From Chrysomallon squamiferum (lineage: Eukaryota > Animalia > Mollusca), in the NCBI GenBank assembly GCA_012295275.1, contig CM022669.1:8494001-8558000 (forward strand): DNA of 64,000 nucleotides, in the 5' to 3' direction. The notes below the pieces were generated by a model that ran no database searches, had not been told where the DNA came from, and worked only from the letters and a program-made list of their open reading frames with translations. Of this stretch, positions 44,823 through 61,294 are shown piece by piece (within the stretch, counting starts at the first letter, position 1; each line of letters starts with the position of its first letter). The translations under genes and the position numbers were made by a program.

Positions 44823-46841
44823 CAACTGTAATATGAAAAATCGGAATAACACAACTGTTTAGTACATTTGCACTTCTCAGTTTGATGAGTGATGTCATAT
44901 TTATTTATTTATTTCACTTAATGAATATCTGATTTAACAAAACAATAATAATTATGCATTTCGTTTTCAACACCTTATTCCTCTTTACTGTTAATAAATG
45001 AATTTTTAAGTCAATGTTTTCATTGTTTTTTAATAATAAAAAAAATTATTTTACATATTTTATTGTACCAAAAAGGAAAAAAAAAACAAGAAGAAATTAA
45101 ATGACACTGCAAAAAGAAGAATGAAGTGAAAAAACCCACAATATGCCCTTTCCGATTTGATTGTTGTATTAATTTTGTTTTACTACAGTATACCAACCCA
45201 CTATAAAAACAACAAATTTGATTGGTCAATTAGGTTTTTTTTGCCAGTGGAACAACCAATGAGTTCCATTCAGTACATCAACCATTTTTATTGGTCAGTT
45301 GTAATTCTTGAAATGTTAACAACAGAGAACATTTTTATTTTTTTTAAATTTTTTTTATTTCTTTTATATACTGTATGTTAGCCAGTTAATTTAATTGAAT
45401 TATGGATAAAACCTATCTTTAAAGACAGTGCTTAAAATTTGTTAAAGTCTTTTGGCCTACCAAAAAGAAGCCAACATCTAATGCATCTGAAAAAGTTTGA
45501 GTGTCTTACAGTGTCTTATGCCATTCCACTGATGATTTATGATGTAAAATAATTAACAGAAGAAAATGCAAATTGCAGGAATTTATAAATTTGTGGAACA
45601 TTACAACTGGGAAAAAAATAAAAAAAAAAAAATTAGATAGAAATAATAAATAAATAAATATATAAATAAACAAAACTATCTATTATTATCTTTTCACACA
45701 ATGGCAAATAGAATAAAAAATCCATTTCTTACTTCAAAAAAAAAAAAAAAAAAAAAAATAATTTATGTTTCCTTTCTTAACCATTTTAAAACCTAAATAT
45801 TGCTTCAGGTTCAGTAAAATCTGGACAAACATATCATTAAGCATTTTTTTTATTTACATTATTTTAGGAAATTTCTTACATCAAATGGGGAGAAAAAAAA
45901 CACACAAAGATATTTCTGTTTTTAGCATTATCGGACTAGCAGTTTCATTGATGTGGTCTTCTGTTTTGGCAGTTCTTGACCAAAACTGGTTTTGCTGCCA
46001 GTATTCAATGAACATACCACACCAACCATTTTTAGTAGTCAACTGGAAAGTTCTTACCTTGGATTTGGCCTTGCATGAAAAGTAGCCAATTTTCTACACA
46101 ACAGAAAAAAGTTGGTATTATATTATTTGTTAGTATGTTGTAAAAATGAAGCGAAAATGTGCGTAACTTGGGATTTTTCCATTAGCATGCAAAACTGCTG
46201 CCAAAATGTGAGATTTACCATGAAAATTTTCATATTTTAAACCTGAATTGTCATCCTAAGTGAAAATATTTGTCTGTTTTGAAGTGTGACGAAGTCACAA
46301 AAATTCAATTTCAATTACTTTTTCGTTTGTCCTTTTATTTTCAGGATAATCATTTTGTTAACTTTTGTTTTTGTCATTCTTTTCTTTGACATTGGGCTTT
46401 CGAACTTGTTACATTTTCACATGTGTAAAGATTATTCTCATTTCAAAAAGTAAACCAATGTCAGTTTTAGACTTTCACGTCAATCATAGTGTATTTTCCA
46501 CTTTTTTCTTTTTTTACTAACATTATGTTGGATTGTTGCACTCGCAAAACACATAAATAAAAATCTCTATCACTGGATGAGAACTCACAACTGAAAAAAA
46601 AAAAAACAGAATAAACTTTTGGGTATGTATTCAATTTTTATTTCAGTTTTCTTCATAAACCATATAGCACAAATCCTAGAAACATCCTAGAAAGTTGCAC
46701 TGCACCAAAAATATCCAGTAATGATAAATGGTCAGGCAACAGTTTGTTATTTTTAACAGGCATTAATAATGTCAAGTGTTTCAACAAGGTAAGTCTGTTC
46801 GTCAACAAGTGTGAAACTTCAAAGTGTTCAGTTACTTGAAA

Positions 46842-49800
46842 TCAGAGTCTTCTGGCCTTCCTTGGTTTGTTACGCCCGTTGTGACAAAGCTTTGTGTTGT
46901 CTGTCACTGATATTACTGTGATACCTGCCATCTGTAAACCTTTGACTGCAGGCTGGGAAAATAAAACAAAAAAATAAAAATTATATACATATATATTTAT
47001 AGTTAGTTTTCAACATAATCACTTGTCATTTGTGAATACATTTGGTAATACAGTTCAGAGGTTCTAGAAACTGAGTGTGTTATACAAGTTCTTATAGGAC
47101 TTTAAGGTTGTTGTAATTTCTATTTTGGTACAACTGGAAAACAGCTACAAAATGTGTTCCTAAAACATCTGAATTATTATTACGATTTCCATTCATGACA
47201 GTGATCATGCTGAAAAATAAAAATATAAAATAATTAAAACCATTTTCTATTATCCTTTTTATAGATCAATTTTAAAATAAACAAGTTATATATCTATAAA
47301 TAAAAGAAAAGAAACACATGTTCTATACAAGAACACACTAAAAACAAGTGCTCAGTGAGTTTATTGACAGCGAAATCCCAAAAAACAAAAAAACGTTATT
47401 TGAAATGCACACTTCCTGAGCACTGTCAAATTGGTTTGTTCTGTGAAATTCAAAACACGTCAAAACATGCTGATCATTATGTCAGAAAGACAACAAAATT
47501 AAGTGTTAAATTTAAAAAAAAAAAAAAACAACAACTGCAAAACCTATAAATGATGGGAAGTGTATATAATAATATTTACACTTAACTCTATTCAAAATTA
47601 TTTAGAGTAAATGAAGAGAGAAAAAAAAATTATTATTGGAGTCCACATTTTTGAAAATTCTAAGTCATAATCACTGTAAAATAATTAAGAATCAGTACAG
47701 TAATGGAAATACAAAAAAAAAACCAAAAAACGATTCTATAAAATTTAAAAAATACAAACATGTTTTTAATTACTAATCAATCTGTTGATGTAAGTATGTG
47801 TATTAAAGAGAAGGTTGTATTAAAAGAACCTTCAGTCTGTACAGAAAATAAAGTATGTTAAATAAATACCATTCTTCCAGGACCAAGCCCATTGAGACAA
47901 ATTCGAACTGTTGAAATTCCTTTCTTTACACTTTTCTACAAAACAACAATTTTTTTTATGTTAAACTGAAACAGAGGTGAACACTTAATGCTTCTTCATT
48001 TTTATTATTTGTTTTGAACTATTAGATTCTTTTATTTTTTTTATTTTTGACACTTAAATTACAAGATATAACATTTTAAATGACACTGATATGACAAGTT
48101 TATCAAAAATAAAACATTACACAGTTGGTGAATACTTCACACATTAAGTGGGCTACATTCAACAAAGTTACCAAAAATAATTGTATTATTGTTTTTAATT
48201 ATAACTGTAATATTTCAAAATTTGTTACCAGCATTTTCACTACAAAATTAGATTTTAAATATTTATTTAATTCTTTACAAACCTCTCCTAAAGATAGCCC
48301 TGCAGCCTGAGCTGCTATGTTGGTTCCTTTCCTTGAATTACGAAATCCCACAGTTCCCTGCAAAGATTAATAATAATCAAAACTCAGAACAAGGGCAGTA
48401 ACTCCAGCAACAAATATGACAAAATGAACTTGGCATATATCATTAATTTTTATTTGACGGTAGGAAAATTATGTTCTTCTTTAAAATCATGTGGGATATT
48501 TGTTTTATAAAATAAATTAGTCAAAAACAAATTTCTAAGCTTTATATATTATCAAAATGTCAGGGACAAAGATCTAAAAAATTGAAAATTTAATTTAATT
48601 AAGAAAAAAAGGTTTTTGTTCATTAATTTTTGTAAACTCTTCATAATAAACAGGGTGCAGATAGTCTGTCTTAATCAAGATTAACAAATTGTAACAAAGA
48701 AAACTTCCAGAATGTTTTAAAAAGGAACACTGAGATTCGTGTGTGTAGAACTGCCCACTAAAGAGGCACAATAAACTGTTTTCACTGGTATGTACAGGTG
48801 AGGTACTCAATCTACAAACAATTTTTGTGATGGGTACTGCGGGAACAGTACAATTTATAAACGTGCAGAGGGTAAAACTGGCTCAGTTTATATACTAAAT
48901 GTTCTGATAATCCACACTTTTTACCTATTTGTGGTTTGTCTTGGATCTATAAACCTCATGAATTAGCCAGTTAGAACAATTAAAAGAGTAAAAATTTAAA
49001 AAATAAAAAATAAAAATGTGTTACTCACTGCAGATTCAGAAGCAAGAGGTTTCCCTGCAAATAAAAAAAATAAAATTCTTTATTTCATTATGTAACAACA
49101 TTTCTTTTTATAATCAACTGTGTCAAAATTGGACAATTAAATAAAATTGAAAAGTTTATTTTTGTCTACTGACATATTTCACAGGGAAATTTTTTTTAAA
49201 GAGGAAATAGAAATAAAAATAAATGAAAACAGAACAAAATACTTGCTGGTTACACTTATCTATTTAATTATTTAGAATACATTTATCATTTAAATAGGGT
49301 TCAAAATTTTGCCATCAATCTAAACATTCAGCTTTCTGGACTGTGAACAAATCAATGAATGAATATTTAACAATACATGTAAAGTGGGTCAGCTGTTTGG
49401 TGATTTTTTTAATGTGAGACCAACCTTTATAGTCCGTAGTGCACAGGATAGTGTTATTTGGAGTGGCTTTGACATGAATGATGGGCAGCTCATCAAATCG
49501 AATGCCTCCAATTGCCATAGCATTGGTTTCTGCTGTTGGAAACAATGTTCCAGGTCTGAAAATAAAATTAGTATTAAAACAAGGGTCATTCCGTGTCAGA
49601 TCACTCAGTGGGTTAAACACAACCATGACCACCAATCTTTGAACCCTCAAATCTCAGGAACCACTGGGCCAATCTTCATAAAATTGGTATTGTTGAAAAG
49701 GCAATATGCCATTATTGTTCAGTTTGGAAAATTTGTTATGACCTTGAAATTGACAGTGTGGATCACACAACCTTGAGATGACCTTTTTTGAAATTTAATC

Positions 49801-50844
49801 TCCCACATGTTAACTAAAACATATAAAAGTTTCCTGGGTGTAATATCTTTTGTTCAACCACAATCGAGATTTAAAAAATGAACATCCATGAAAATAACAC
49901 CTTTTCTGCCATTAACATATGATTAACTAAAATCTGAATGATCAATTCTGGATGCTAGGAATCACCATCTCTCTTGATCACCAAGTAAGACATTGAAGGC
50001 CTACATGTATGCATAAAGTTCAAATAAATTTGAGAGAACTAGATGTTTCTGATGCTGTATTTTAAAATAAATATTAAAAAATAAAATATTCAATAACTGA
50101 ATAAATCTGCTATTATTATTATATTAGAAATGACTGTAGATTTACATTAACACCTTCCACTACTGTACTCTTAATTTATATCAATAAATATACTCCTGAA
50201 CCTAATTTTTTTTTTTTTTTTTTTATCAATATTTTACAATTCCATGCTTAAATTTATACCAAACATTTTACAATCCTGCAACTTAATTTTACATTAACAT
50301 TTAACAATCCCAAACCTAAACTCTTCAATCTTAGATTCGTCTTCTCCAGCTTCCTCAGCGACAAGAGGCTGATCCATCTCAGTAAGCTTTTTTGTGACAA
50401 ACTTCTTCAGTGGGTGGTCTCGGTCCAGAGTCATACACACTGCACTGTTCTGAATGCATCTAGCTGGATGTACAATATGACCAGCTTAATACAAAGCAAA
50501 AATTAAGAAAAAAATTAAAGAAATATTACAAACATTATTCAATATATATATATATATACTGGTTTCATTTAAAAGAAATTCATTTAACCTTAAAATCAGT
50601 TGCATCAAAAAATACACAAGCATTTAAAAATATTTTGTATTTAATCACTGTTTGTAACTGATTAGGCTGTATATTTAGAAGACTTTAAATTTACAACTGC
50701 ATGCACCATTTCTAGTTTCACATTCTTTTTTTTTTTTTTCAAACTAAAATAAAAGCTATTGCAAATTCACCTACTTGATTGTTTAGCTGCAGCCACAATA
50801 CAAGTGTACGGCTGCCGCAACGCTGTCAGAGCGGACCGTATCAT
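46842..50844 (-). CDS. MRPS11: Mitochondrial small ribosomal subunit protein uS11m. Exons 50844-50775, 50484-50316, 49555-49425, 49054-49029, 48357-48283, 47935-47870, 46952-46842
   Basis: Phase-consistent GT-AG exons give an Arg/Ser/Ala-rich presequence (MIRSALTALRQ...), then uS11 motifs FDELPIIHVKATPNNTI, SAGTVGFRNSRKGTNIAAQAAG, VRICLNGLGPGR, GLQMAGITVISVTDNT and C-terminal KPRKARRL*. The exact exon 1/2 junction is ambiguous. Confidence 0.95.
49645..49915. mobile_element. Intronic interspersed-repeat fragment resembling non-autonomous Helitron/Helentron-type elements
   Basis: ATCTCAGGAACCACTGGGCCAATCTTCATAAAATTGG and repeated TGACCTTG motifs, similar to repeats common in molluscan genomes (recollection, not searched). 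Confidence 0.4.
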
Positions 50845-51426
50845 TGCTGTTACTATTACTATTACAGCCTGAAAATAGAGAGTTTTATTAAAAATTGTTT
50901 GCTACTATTTAATAACACTAATTATTTTTGTTCTTCTGTTGTAATTAACAAACACTCTTTCTTGTGTACGTATTGGTTGCTATGATAACTGTTTTACATT
51001 CATACTTATTGCCAATAAATTATAATTGCGACAACTTTTAATCAACTTTACATCTCGGTCTAGAAGACATTCAATATTGCCAGGTATACCCGATATTTTG
51101 AACCTATTCTATTTAAACTGATAAACATTTACTTATTCTCGTAGAAAATATTTAGTACAGAGAAAAATCAATAAATGGTTTGCACATTTGCAAACACTGG
51201 CGGAGCTGAAACAATTTCATTTGAGAAACGTGATAATCCAAACTTTAATACAGCGAACAGAAACTGACTATATGTTAAGTATTTAACTTAAATGACTATG
51301 AAAATTTAACATCCAAATTGATTCAATAATAAAGGTTTTAATAACCAAGTAAATGACATAAATTAAATATTCTGCAAGTCGTAATTTATCAGCATAGTTA
51401 ATAACGAATCAGTAAAACAATTTCAC

Positions 51427-51530
51427 CTCTAGCACTATCTGCAACAAATTTCGAAAAATGTTACGCTGACAGAACTTCAAAAATAATATGGAAGTGTACG
51501 CCAGTCAATGACGTTTGTCGTCTTGATTTC
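51427..51530 (-). promoter_or_regulatory. Putative MRPS11 non-coding first exon and promoter
   Basis: Minus-strand donor AGAG|GTGAAA at ~51427, compatible with acceptor TTTTCAG at ~50869 upstream of the ATG; local CpGs, GGAAGT (ETS-like) and TGACGT (CRE half-site). Confidence 0.45.
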
Positions 51531-52461
51531 CTTACATTTCTATGGAGCATTTGTTTAGGGAAATAAATAAAATAAAATAATAAAAAAATTAAAATTCAAG
51601 TGTCTATATAATAGCAAAATAGCTAATATTACGTATAAAATGAATATAGTAAATTCAACGTACTATATTTAATTAATTAACTTCGGCAATCTGCTGCTTC
51701 CCCATCACAAAAAAAACAACAAAAACAACAACAAAAAAAAAAAAACAAAAAAAAAACCAAAAAAAAAAGAACACTCATCTACATTCAGCATTATTACATT
51801 AATAATACACAGTTACATACTTTGGGGAATTCTATTGTCAAATCACGCCCACTTTTCAAAAACAGGTTTTATTTATTGCGAAGAGTCATCAGACTGAAAC
51901 ATGAGATACAATACTATTTATATAATAGGAGTAAATATACTGTTCAAAAATAAAAGTAAAAAATAAATAAATAAAAAATAAACGAAAATAAAAAACGAAA
52001 ACAATCGTTATTTCAGATCAAATATGTTGTACATATATATAACATATATAATAATAATAATAGCAATATTTACTTTTATTTAGATTTCGCAAAAAAAAAA
52101 ATAGAATAAAAAAAAAATTCATATATACAAAAGAAATCTTAATACAAACAGAATGTTGATGAAATGGATATGATAAACATGATGATGATGATGATAATAA
52201 TAATAATAATAATAATAATAATGGCAGGCTATTTGACCGTATCACCGGTTAAATGGATAGATAGATAGATAGATAGATGGATGGATGGATAGACAGACAG
52301 ATAGACAGATAGAGGGACAGATAAAGATATAGTTTGATAGACAGATGTCATGTAGTACTGATGCTGTCGTTCACTCGAAAATAATTCATATTGTTCACTT
52401 TGCTATTAAATAATTTAAAAAAAACTTTTGTTTTTTGTTTTATGTTTTGTGAGATTGTTGA

Positions 52462-52512
<51 letters not shown>

Positions 52513-52710
52513 AAAAGGGGACAGGGCCTTAGGACTTCGTATAACTGAGGACCTCACCAAGTCTAAATGTGAAACTGCATGTAAATTTGAACTTATTGTT
52601 CCCTCATTAAGTCAAAAATTAACGACCAACCGGATGACTTTCTCAGATATCTGTTTTATTTCATATCTCTTCATCATTATCAAGACATACCCAAAAAATA
52701 AAAACCGAGA

Positions 52711-53572
52711 TTAAAGTCTTGACAATGAGTCGAAATTGCCAGAAATAAGCAAGCCAACTATATATCTCATTTCTTCTATTACTGGACTAGATCCGTCTTC
52801 TTGCCAAGGTTTCAGTAGCCATGGAAACAAGCGGAAAGGAGAGAGGATGAAATGTTCAAAATCGTGGTCAATAAACCCATAATTTGAAGCAAAAATTCCA
52901 TCGACAACAAGAGTTCCTGTCTCTGTGACTGGTACGTACATACCTATGAAATAAAATAGTTATTTTTGTCAAATAGTTTAAGTAATAATGACGTAAGAAA
53001 TTACCAACGACAGACAGTGCAATACGTCATACAAACCACGACATATTTGAAAAATATTACATTGCAATAAGGAACAGACTGAATATTTATTTCCATTTGT
53101 TTCATAGTAGTACAGCAGAAGTGTTGTCTTCTCATTAGAGTTGTTGCCATCATGGATACCATTATCGTCATGATCACTGGTATTACCGGACTCGTACAAC
53201 TACTACTGCTACTACTTCTATTACAACTACTACTTTTGCTACTATTATTATTTCTACTACTACTACTACTACCACTGTTATTACTTCTATTATTATAACT
53301 ACTACTACTACTTCTACTACTGCTACTACTACTAATACTAATACTTCTACTACTACTACTACTACTACTTCTACTATTGTTACTACTGCTAGTGCTGCTA
53401 CCACTACTAATACTAATACTTCTACTACTACTACTACTACTATTACTACTACTACTACTCTGTACCTTCTTTCGCGGACAAAAATATTTGGACGACTCGC
53501 TCTGGACAAAAACCACTGGAACGCGATCGAGCTGAGAAAATGTAATCACCTCTTTTCACGAGCATGGAAAAT
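52711..53572 (-). CDS. Partial Hog/Hint-domain paralog: last two exons only (53572-53466, 52943-52711)
   Basis: RFSMLVKRGDYIFSARSRSSGFCPERVVQIFLSAKE-G-MYVPVTETGTLVVDGIFASNYGFIDHDFEHFILSPFRLFPWLLKPWQEDGSS...SRL*. Same 107-nt penultimate exon, phases and splice sites as the plus-strand copy; ~78% aa identity over the last exon (hand count). No upstream exons found in the window, so it may be a truncated pseudogene. Confidence 0.8.
53198..53459. repeat. (TAC)n expansion inside the intron of the minus-strand Hint paralog
   Basis: Directly visible; absent from the homologous intron 60633-61070. Confidence 0.92.
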
Positions 53573-54317
53573 CTGCGAAAATTATTTTTATTTACTTTCT
53601 TTCTTTTTACCACTACGGAAATTTTAAATTATGAATGTTTGTGTATGCATATACGTCTGTGTCTGTGTGCTGGTGTGTTTTGTGTGTGTGTGTGTGTGTA
53701 TTTCAATGTTTTTATGGACAAAGTGTATTTGAACGATATTTGGACAACTGTCAACCACTGGAACTTAAGTCATCTGACCCACTCTATGAAGTAAGAGAAA
53801 ATTGTTTGTGATCTCTTTAAGTTTTGGTCTGTCCATGCTCTGGTTTGCCTGTAATGGCTTGTTAGTGTTGATTAACAAACACTGCAACACGATCCCAGAA
53901 AGACATAAAAGAGCCGTCACGGGTCTCATTTTCTTCATACATTATTGTAACACATGTGTTTTACATTGATTTAGCTTCAAGTTCATTTTATTTCAAGGCC
54001 TGATAATTTGAACACAATGGTAAAAATGTTATTATAATTAACAAACACTGCAACACGATCAGACAGACACAGACAGACACACACACACATACACAGGCAC
54101 ACAGAACACACACACACGCATACACACACACACACACACAGCCCCACGCACACAGCACACAACACAACACACGCACACGTCATATCGAGAACTGAGCGTC
54201 ATGCTGTGTTCACTAAACAACATCATAGACAGAAAAAAGAAAGGACAGAAGGAAGAAGAAGAAAGGAAAGAAATAAAAACTGGAAGCATTAGTTTGATCA
54301 TAAAACAGGTTTTCATA

Positions 54318-54808
<491 letters not shown>

Positions 54809-56280
54809 GAAGACACACAGAAAGTGAAAGAAACATAGAGAAACACACAAGAAGAGCAGAAACTGAATTTAAAAAAGACATGAGAGAGACGCGGAGAAGA
54901 AAACAAGTAGAAACAAATGAGAATGAAGAAAGGACAGAATAACATACACACAGACAGATAAAGAGATAACACAAAACAAACATTGACACTAACCACGTTT
55001 TCTGAACCTCTTGTTATCTTGTACAGATCAAATAAAACTGTTATATAATCAAAATATGAATATATATTATTATTACAGACAAAACGTAATATTAATTTAT
55101 TATTGAAGTCCATATTTTAAAGTGGATTAAAATATTATTCACGGTTGTAAATAAATAGCGTGTATCTCTGTTTTGTATTAACGCTGCTAAGAAATACTAA
55201 TGCGAACTGAAAATATTTTGCAACTCGGTGGTAATGTTTAAATATAAAAATGTGAAATAATAAAAACTATTTCTATCCGCTTTTTTTCTTTTTGTATACA
55301 CCGGGTTAAACGTAAAGAGAAATATAATTCAAATTTTATCACAAACAAAGTTACATATCAAAGTAATATGAAAAATAAAGAAAAGAAAGAAAGAGGAAAA
55401 AAAAAAAAAAGAAGAAGCAAGAAACAGAAATATGTGTGTGTGCATGTTTGTATATATGTATATATGTATATATTTTTACCTTCGAATAGTAAAATAATGA
55501 CAAAAGAAGTCAGCACATTCATATTTTTCTCCGTTGCTCATCTGGTCACTTGTATTTCTGTTGAAAATAAATGATCCAGGTTTTTACTTTATAGAAAATT
55601 TTACAGAATCGTGCTACATAATAAAAACATAAAAGTGTCTATATGTTCAGCTTTGACATGCTTTTGTCTGTCATAAGTCAGGTATATTACTTTTTAGAGA
55701 CAGCTTCCATGTCATGTATTTTATCTGCTTATCTGAAACTAAATTTATTAAAGGTATGTTACAAATATATACTGGTTTCTAAAATTTATTTATATGATAA
55801 TGGTACAGTGATACGATGATGATTATGATGATGATGTTGATGATGATAATATAGTAATAATACTAATAACAACAACAACAACAACAACAATAATAATACT
55901 AATAAAAAAAAAAAAGAGAAGAAGAAGAATGACTAGTTATGGCAATGATCGTATTGTTCATTATTCTCTGTTAGATGTTATTTTCTGATTCTGGTTAATC
56001 ACATTATCATTATCAGAGTGATTCATAAACGTTTGACATCAGAGAACTGTACTGAGTCAATGAACTAAACGCAGAAACACACAGAAGTGATGCAGAGATC
56101 AGGATCAACACAGAAATTTAAAATAAATCCTCAGACTCATTTAACTGCAGCGCTTGAGAAAAAGTACAGATCATAAAATGAAATATAACGAATAATTTTG
56201 TCCTACAGCATAATATTCCGAATTGTTAAATAAAAGACTATTGTTTCCCTAAATTTTATTATCTATAAGATTATAATGTA

Positions 56281-56600
56281 GTAATTCCAACAAATTTACG
56301 AATGATTTCTAGACAAATTTTTTTATACACGTAATTTATAACCAATATTTTATTTAACACAAATTCAATAAAATCATAAACAGCCTGAAACTCGAAAACG
56401 CGAGGACATGTTCATGTTTTAAATAAATATTTCATAACAATCAGTCACATTAATTTTATTTTCTCCCTCAGTATTGGTGTGAAGACAAAGTAATAATCTA
56501 GTAAGTCGTACTAACAATAATTTAACAGATTTAAGAAAGATTTTTCAAAAAAGGTTTTCAAACATTAACGGATGTCACTTACAGGATAATAAAATATTTA
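56281..56600 (+). repeat. Inverted duplicated block A, left copy (partner ~63090-63400)
   Basis: For example CTGAAACTCGAAAACGCGAGGACA...CAATCAGTCACATTAATTTTATTTTCTCCCTCAGTATTGGTGTGAAGACAAAGTAA is reverse-complemented almost exactly at 63187-63296. Confidence 0.92.
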
Positions 56601-56789
56601 TATAATTTTTACTTAATTAAATACTATTTTTTGCGATTCAAAGATTATATGTATTATCTATGTATGTCTGAATGCATGTATACATTTGTATCTATGTATT
56701 TATATAGCTAGGTTTGTATGTACGTATGTATGTATGTATATATGTATGTATGTATGTCCTTGTGTGCATGTTTGTAAAGATGTATGTAT

Positions 56790-57458
56790 GTATGATAGAC
56801 ACTGCTGTAAAATTAAAAGTAAATTAAAATTAAAAAAAAAGTAAAAACGTATTTTAAATACAGATAAATGTAAATTGAAAGTTCTACAACTATTTTATTA
56901 GCTTCTTTTACATTAATCAATGTTCCATATCTCAGTAACCATAATTTAGTAGATTTTACTACTAGCTACCTAAAATATAAATTTCATTTATATTTGACAG
57001 AATGAAATACATACATTTATAATTTTTATTCATAAATTCATTAAAATGATCCAAGGACAGAATGTAATATTTTTGGAACGAGTTTCTGCATAAATTTGTC
57101 GTATATTATTTAATTTACAGAAGATTAAGTTTCAATTCACTGCTATCCCAGCAGTGATCTGTTTTATATAAAAAAAACACGTTTTATCGATCGAACAAAT
57201 TTATTTTATAATCAAAGAATAACTGCCGTATTCAGCAGAAAGTGGGAAGTGTAGCTCATTAGAAATATAACAAAACAGAAGTCGCATGACCAGAAACATT
57301 CATGAGAAATCCCATTTCAATATGTTCTAGATTAATGATAATTCTGTTTGACTAATAAATGTGTCATATTTTGTATCGCTGCGTTTAAAACTCTAAATCA
57401 TGCTAAGCTGCATAATTTGTACAAAACATGTTGGAGAGTTTTATTTTTATGTGTATGT

Positions 57459-57530
<72 letters not shown>

Positions 57531-57535
57531 AGATA
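56790..57535 (+). repeat. Inverted duplicated block B, left copy (partners ~61928-62356 and ~63580-63980)
   Basis: GAACGAGTTTCTGCATAAAT, ATCCCAGCAGTGA, CCCATTTCAATATGTTCTAGATTAATGATAATTCTGTTTGACTAATAAAT and TTTAAAACTCTAAATCATGCTAAGCTGC all recur as reverse complements to the right of the Hint gene. Confidence 0.9.
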
Positions 57536-58696
57536 CACTATTCATATTTAACTGCTCTGCATTCAACTGCAGCATTTAAGAAAAAGAAGAGTAAATAAAA
57601 CAAAACGATTAATGGTATCACGTTAAAACGTTGTCCTACGATATAACACTCAACACATTGACAGAATGTTTTATACAATTCATACAGCTTTGCACGAAGT
57701 AGATTTTACACGAAGTAAAATTTCGAATGAATTCTTAGAGTCTTTAAAAAAAAAAAAAAAAAAAAAAAATGAAAACAAAGCAAAACAAATTATTTAATAT
57801 CATCATGTGGAATAATAAGTGTTGTTTTGCTGAAATTAGTCGTCTGAATAAGTTTGAAATGTGCGCACTAACAGAAATTTAGAGCCTATAAATACACGAC
57901 AAGCAAGCAAAATTTTCAAAATTAAATTTAAAAAAATGCTAAATCTGAATGATGAGTATGAATAAAGAAACATATGCAAAGTGGAATTTTAAAACATAAA
58001 TGAATGTATTAATAGAACGATTTTAACTTAATTCGTTTGCACTATAGTTTAAATGAAATTATTTCTGCTTTATTCATTCCTCTATCTGCATTTTCTTAAG
58101 GACGATGAACAAACGTGCTTGAATCATTCTCACTGTCAAATATAACAATAAAACGAAGGAATTAAGTACAACGTATAAATTATGAATCACTCATTAAACG
58201 TATAAATAACTCATTAAACATTAAAACTTCATAAACATGGATGGAACACATACAGATGTTATATAACATTAAAATTATATTTCTAGTTATTTAAAATGTG
58301 AACGTATCTTTGTCATGAATCAAAATGTCACTCTGATAAGTTGAACTAGCTAACGCTTTGATCTAATATTCAGTGAAAAGCATTACTGTATTTATCGTTG
58401 TAAAGTGAAGTCCTTTGTGGTCGGTTTGTTTCTATATTTTATTTTCATAAATAATCTATCTTTGTTAATTAAAAGCGAAAAAAGCATAGTAAAGAATAAT
58501 AAAGAAAGAAGAAAATTGGCATATGGTGTATCTGACAAGGTGAAAAATGATAAAATGAAATTATTTAACAGATGTAATTCATACATTATTAACACATTAT
58601 TCATATATATTAATTTTAATACTGAATTTAAATTTTTCTACGACATAAAAGGCAATTCTCTAGGTCAGAACTGTATTTTGGAGAAAGTAGCAAATA

Positions 58697-61294
<2,598 letters not shown>

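Noticed and set aside
49384-49776. 130-aa plus-strand ORF
   Set aside because: Antisense shadow of an MRPS11 exon running into an intronic repeat.
57304-57313. kappaB-like site GGGATTTCTC (minus strand) upstream of the Hog gene
   Set aside because: A single short match expected by chance and not preserved in the duplicated copy at ~63770; not evidence of immune regulation.
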